Shown piece after piece: positions 60,477-64,000 of a DNA stretch of 64,000 nt (its first letter is position 1; every line of letters begins with the position of its first letter). Below the pieces are notes generated by a model. That model was not told where the DNA came from, ran no database searches, and saw only the letters and a list, made by a program, of their open reading frames with translations. A program made the translations under genes and the position numbers. This DNA is from an uncultured Acidobacteriota bacterium (GTDB lineage: Bacteria > Acidobacteriota > UBA6911 > RPQK01). The DNA is taken from positions 122,150 through 186,149 of the forward strand of contig CAVUUN010000010.1 of NCBI GenBank assembly GCA_963744645.1. Direction: 5' to 3'.

Positions 60477-62385
60477 TGCGCGCCTCCTCTGACCCGGCGG
60501 TATCCGAGTCCAATTGGGTCACCAGGAGCCTCAAGTCCCGTCGCCTGTCAAACCCCTCCACCTGAAGCCGGAACCGGTCGCTTGTGACGCGAACATGCAG
60601 CTTGTTTCCGCTCGAGGTGAGGATCTGTGCTCCCTTCGCCTGCAGCTCTATCGGTGGGGCGCCGAGTTCAAAGTCAGTCGGTCGCCATCTTGTGAACGGG
60701 TTGCCTGCGCGGACGTCGTAGGCGACTGACAGCGCGATCACGGTGGGCAAATCCAACTCCTCTTTGCTCTTGCGCAGCACGAAACCCCGCTGAGTCCTTT
60801 CAATCTGGAATCCCTGCGGATATGAAGAGAGCAGGCGGATCTGATCGGGTGGCTGCCCGGTGGCGTGCCGGTCCTCCGCCCCAAACCAGCCATGGCTCTC
60901 GTCACGGGCAGGGAGTGAAAACAGGTCAGTCAGAAGCGTGTGATCGAGTTGCTGATCCGAGCAACAGAGCATCCGGTTGATTTGATGGACTGCCTGGATC
61001 ACGAAGTCGAGGTCGACCGCCCCCGATTCATACTTTCCACGGAACTTGGAGCTTTGCTTCTGCCACTGGGTGTGCGCAGGGTTCTCGGAGTCGCCCAGGA
61101 AGCCCGCGATCGGAGGGTGTTCGGCCACCACCAGGGAGCGGACGCCATGAGTCCGCGGAGCACGAACATCCGGAATGGTGAGTCCTTCCCGGATGAAGAG
61201 CGGGCGGCCGGTTTTTTCGCTCGGGTCGCGTTGCATGAAGACGTCAAAAAAGGAGGCGCGCGGGCGGGCGGCCTTTTCCCGGACCGTCACGGGCACACGC
61301 AAAGCAATTTGCTCCCCTGCTTCATATCGTCCGCGAAGAGCGTTTCTCACCGGTTGTGGGAGACGGTCTGCCGACCAGCGCCATGGCTGTTCAGGAGCCG
61401 TCATCTGGAGCACGGTGAGTCGGTCAGCGTCGACGGTCGTTGCCCAACGGGCCAGCTGCAAAATGGGTGCGAGGTCTGGATCCACGGCATCGGGGAGCGC
61501 CGGCGCGTTCAGCATTTCGGCGTCCAAAACCGTGCTGCGTTCGGGACTCTGCAGGCAAACCTGCAACTGGCCCTGTAGAATGGGCCAGAAGTAGTGGCGC
61601 AGGATGGATCGAACGAGCACGTCCGGAGCCAGGTCGTCACAGTACCACGGGATAACGAGCGAAAGTCCCGGCTCCCGGTGCCGCTTCAGATCGAACAGTT
61701 CCTCGAAGCGCTTCATCCAGAGCGGGTCCTCGACAGCTCGAACCAGGCCGTCATGCGTGGTTTGCGGAGGCAGCCCGAACCAGCCGTCCGGAGAGTGGTA
61801 GACGCCGTCGAAGAAATGCGAGCGGAGGGCGGCCTGCCCAAGCAGGATCCGGCGCTTATCATCGGCGCGCACGGTCATGGCAAAAAAGGTGCGGATTCGG
61901 CTGGATCGTGTGAAGACCTGTTTTCCGACACCCCACCGTCCTCGCTCATGCTTGGCCCGGTCCGACCTGCCGTCGGCACGGTAGAAGTTGAAGAAGTTGT
62001 TGCTGACGCCGGGGAGCGGCTGCCATTGACTGGTATCGCCGGTCAGGCCGGTCGTGCCGAAGTCCTCAAAGACCAGAAAGGGGCAGGAATCCCGGGGCGA
62101 GGGTACGTCGCGAAGGCCGTTGCTTTCGGCTTGGATGTGTGGCCACAACCCCTCCATGAAGGGGTTCATATCCCTCGGTGCGGCGGCCTGCGACTCACCA
62201 GACAGGAAGATTCGAACGGTGACCGGGCAGCCGGGCTGTCCTGCGTCCAGGGAGTTCTGAATGCCCTCCCGGATGAGCGCCTCCCCGGGATTAGCGATCG
62301 CCTCCGCGGCAAAAAATTCGCCGTGAATCGGCTCGCGGATCTTGTCTCCGGCTTTCACTCGGTTGAAATGCCAGCGGAAGCCCAT
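60457..62385 (-). CDS. MutL/MORC-like GHKL (Bergerat-fold) ATPase domain protein, 642 aa, with a long uncharacterised C-terminal region
   Basis: The N-terminal N-box is FFAAEAIANPGEALIREGIQNSLDAGQPGCPVTVRIF (compare MutL ...ELVENSLDAGAT.I.I...). The G1-like region is LVFEDFGTTGLTGD. The G2-like region is ERGRWGVGKQV. There is no HisKA domain, so this is not a histidine kinase. Confidence 0.55.
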   Translation of the reverse strand: MGFRWHFNRVKAGDKIREPIHGEFFAAEAIANPGEALIREGIQNSLDAGQPGCPVTVRIFLSGESQAAAPRDMNPFMEGLWPHIQAESNGLRDVPSPRDSCPFLVFEDFGTTGLTGDTSQWQPLPGVSNNFFNFYRADGRSDRAKHERGRWGVGKQVFTRSSRIRTFFAMTVRADDKRRILLGQAALRSHFFDGVYHSPDGWFGLPPQTTHDGLVRAVEDPLWMKRFEELFDLKRHREPGLSLVIPWYCDDLAPDVLVRSILRHYFWPILQGQLQVCLQSPERSTVLDAEMLNAPALPDAVDPDLAPILQLARWATTVDADRLTVLQMTAPEQPWRWSADRLPQPVRNALRGRYEAGEQIALRVPVTVREKAARPRASFFDVFMQRDPSEKTGRPLFIREGLTIPDVRAPRTHGVRSLVVAEHPPIAGFLGDSENPAHTQWQKQSSKFRGKYESGAVDLDFVIQAVHQINRMLCCSDQQLDHTLLTDLFSLPARDESHGWFGAEDRHATGQPPDQIRLLSSYPQGFQIERTQRGFVLRKSKEELDLPTVIALSVAYDVRAGNPFTRWRPTDFELGAPPIELQAKGAQILTSSGNKLHVRVTSDRFRLQVEGFDRRRDLRLLVTQLDSDTAGSEEARNVSSNG

Positions 62386-62982
62386 GCTGAATCACCCGTT
62401 CTATTGTCGCGGAGAGTGTAACCCGAAACCGGTGATGCAAAACACGAAACAACAAAGGAAGGGGCAGAGGGGCAGGGAGGGAGTCGCCAGACATCCGTCC
62501 AAGCGACCAGGCTCCGGTTAGCAGTGCGGCGGCAAAAGGAATCTCCCAAAGCCATCGGACCCCTTCTGGCGCCGCACTGCTCCCTGAAAATAGTTGTCCC
62601 TTGAACAATGAGGAGCCGGCAGCGAGATTGTCAGGCCAGTGCTGCGAGGGTGTTGGATAAGCGGCCTCGGACAGATGGCGCTCATGACAATACACAAGAA
62701 AGTAAAGCGCGTGCGCACGAGGACGTCGATGAGTTGCATGTGAACCGGCAAGACTCGGTTCCGGTCGACTCTTGCCAGGGCGGGCGTGGGGAAAACGGGT
62801 CAGTAAAAGGCTGTTTACAGGCAAGTCAATATTTTCAACACCCTCGCTGCGTGCGCGGCTCTGACAAGGCAGCCCTGCGTGTGACAAGGCTACTCGACTG
62901 TCTCTCCGCTTTTCCATCGATCGCGGGTGCCCGAAAAGGACGAAAGACTCCAAACAGGAGCAGTTGCCCCGGAGGAGATGGA

Positions 62983-63020
62983 GGGAATTAAGTCTTACGT
63001 CCCCGAAATTCCCCCCGAAA
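62983..63020. repeat. Dispersed palindromic element, half-copy D (right arm only)
   Basis: gggaattaagtcttacgtccccgaaattccccccgaaattgcc matches the right arm of the copy C sequence gggaattaagtattatgtccccgaaactgcc. Confidence 0.55.
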
Positions 63021-63468
63021 TTGCCAGCAGGAGAATCTCGTACGCGATTAGCGCGAGATATATGCCAACCAGGAGGCGACCGAGCGCCAGGAGCGTGAAG
63101 CGCCCGAACAGCGCGAAGTTCCAGTGCACCATGAGCACCAAGGTCGCTAGTATGCTGAGGGCCAGTTTGGTCAGGAGGAAGAGCGCAATGCCATGCCTGA
63201 GCGTCAGGTCGAGCAGCGGGTTAAGCTCGTGGCTGGTTCCCAGCGCAAACAGCCGAAGTGAAAGGAGCGCGTCCAGGAGGGACAGGGCGAGCAGCAGGAT
63301 AGCCATGGTGATCGCCTGCTCGGCCGGCCTGTCCACGTAGTAATTGATCTGCACGTCTGACCCGCGTCGGGGACCCTTCCGGCGTCCCCGCAGAAAATAG
63401 CGCGACAGGGGAGGCGTGGGGCGACTGCGGCGTTCTCCGACTGTGTCTCGTCTTTGTTGCTCAATCAT
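62995..63468 (-). CDS. Small membrane protein, DUF5658-like
   Basis: Start at MIEQQRRD, internal to ORF 62995..63732. The C-terminal 100 aa form 3-4 TM helices with HELNPLL, resembling DUF5658 as I recall it. The N-terminal extension in the track is Arg-rich junk. Confidence 0.4.
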   Translation of the reverse strand: MIEQQRRDTVGERRSRPTPPLSRYFLRGRRKGPRRGSDVQINYYVDRPAEQAITMAILLLALSLLDALLSLRLFALGTSHELNPLLDLTLRHGIALFLLTKLALSILATLVLMVHWNFALFGRFTLLALGRLLVGIYLALIAYEILLLAISGGISGT

Positions 63469-63577
63469 GTAAGGCAAACAAGAAAGTGGCGTTAAAACCC
63501 AGGAGGGGATTTCGAGAGAGGTTCTTATTACAAGATGCCGCAGGATCGCTTTGGATTCAAGCTGATCAGGCGCTGGG

Positions 63578-63982
63578 CTATTCCCGTCTTCGGAGGAGGC
63601 CGAGGTTCCGGCGCAGCGCTCCCACGCCGCTGGTTCTTGGAGGTGCGAGCCGCCGCAGCACGCGCGCGTGGACCTGCTCCTTCTGCCTTGCCCGCGCCAA
63701 CTGGGTCTCGTACTCAGCGTCAGGCGGGGCAACAGGGGCGGGCACCCAGGCGGCGTGAAGCTCGACTTCGGAGCCGATCATCCCCGCTCGCAGACCGTAC
63801 CGGCCGAAAACAACCACCTGCTGGAGCAGCAGCGTCAGCAGAAACGGAGCCGTGGCCGCGATCGAGTTGGACCAGCGCCACAGAACATAGACCGCGAACA
63901 GGATCAGCAGAAGGGCTAGGAACACGAGCGCCAGGAGGAAGGTCCTCAAGAACCGGCGGCTCACGAGGAGGAATGCCACCAC
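63578..63982 (-). CDS. Hypothetical membrane protein
   Basis: 134 aa. Two strong TM helices (FLLALVFLALLLILFAVYVLW, APFLLTLLLQQVVVF). Near the window end. Confidence 0.35.
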   Translation of the reverse strand: MVAFLLVSRRFLRTFLLALVFLALLLILFAVYVLWRWSNSIAATAPFLLTLLLQQVVVFGRYGLRAGMIGSEVELHAAWVPAPVAPPDAEYETQLARARQKEQVHARVLRRLAPPRTSGVGALRRNLGLLRRRE

Positions 63983-64000
63983 CAGGCTTCGAAGAAGGGG

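Noticed and set aside
62291-62953. ORF 62291..62953(-) 220 aa in the leader region of the GHKL operon
   Set aside because: Arg/Ser/Pro-rich, with no SD and no hydrophobic core. It overlaps the ATPase start. I treated 62386-62990 as a non-coding leader.
1-64000. tRNA or rRNA genes
   Set aside because: I scanned the intergenic regions (1675-1901, 7296-7487, 12420-12690, 13100-13880, 24047-24436, 62386-62990) and found no cloverleaf-compatible GTTCRANYC / T-loop signatures or rRNA-like conserved blocks. Nothing is supportable.

Overview
This is a high-GC (~62%) bacterial chromosomal window. The gene content looks Acidobacteria-like (multiple PP2C/SpoIIE phosphatases, NHL and malectin domains, multiheme cytochrome), but that is a low-confidence guess from content alone.

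I support about 45 protein-coding genes:
- An ActA/ActB-like pentaheme cytochrome c plus Tat-dependent molybdopterin-oxidoreductase module at the left edge.
- A His-rich metal transporter, a group-II PLP decarboxylase, a PIN-PhoH ATPase and murI.
- A large membrane PP2C phosphatase.
- A complete RND efflux locus (adaptor, pump, two tandem TolC-like genes).
- A ToxR-like membrane regulator with malectin domains.
- A six-gene operon of uncharacterised secreted/membrane proteins (24.7-33.5 kb), ending in a ~1,420-aa PKD + 12x Ig-like-repeat protein.
- A hybrid histidine kinase and an M6-like metalloprotease with NHL repeats.
- DUF362, DUF4112 and DUF5060 proteins, an outer-membrane beta-barrel protein, an MFS sugar porter, ggt, a NarL-type histidine kinase, an EEP nuclease/phosphatase, a sulfatase, a tandem metallo-beta-lactamase-fold protein and a peroxiredoxin.
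- A tightly coupled three-gene operon (58964-62385) led by a MutL/MORC-like GHKL ATPase with two unknown partners.

I found no rRNA, tRNA, CRISPR array, transposase or integrase.

Many genes are broken by single-base indels at homopolymers. This happens at least 12 times, and joins restore canonical family sequence, so I read them as sequencing errors and report each as one gene.

The most interesting non-genic signals are:
- A ~90-bp palindromic element (TTTCGGGGACAYAAWACTTAATTCC ... GGGAATTAAGTWTTATGTCCCCGAAA) present in 3.5 copies, each immediately upstream of a gene.
- A ~410-bp duplicate of the 3' end of the PP2C gene, bracketing a lower-GC 1.5-kb cassette that encodes a 14-Cys secreted peptide and a beta-propeller, with a recurring GGTCCGMCCCAAT junction motif.
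- MITE-like nested hairpins at 13.2-13.6 kb.
- CTGCGCACTGC/GACTGACGA microsatellite-like arrays.
- Several very long perfect palindromes.

The best candidates for an undescribed system are the GHKL-ATPase three-gene operon (possible conflict/defence module) and the secreted-protein operon flanked by the hybrid kinase and the palindromic elements.
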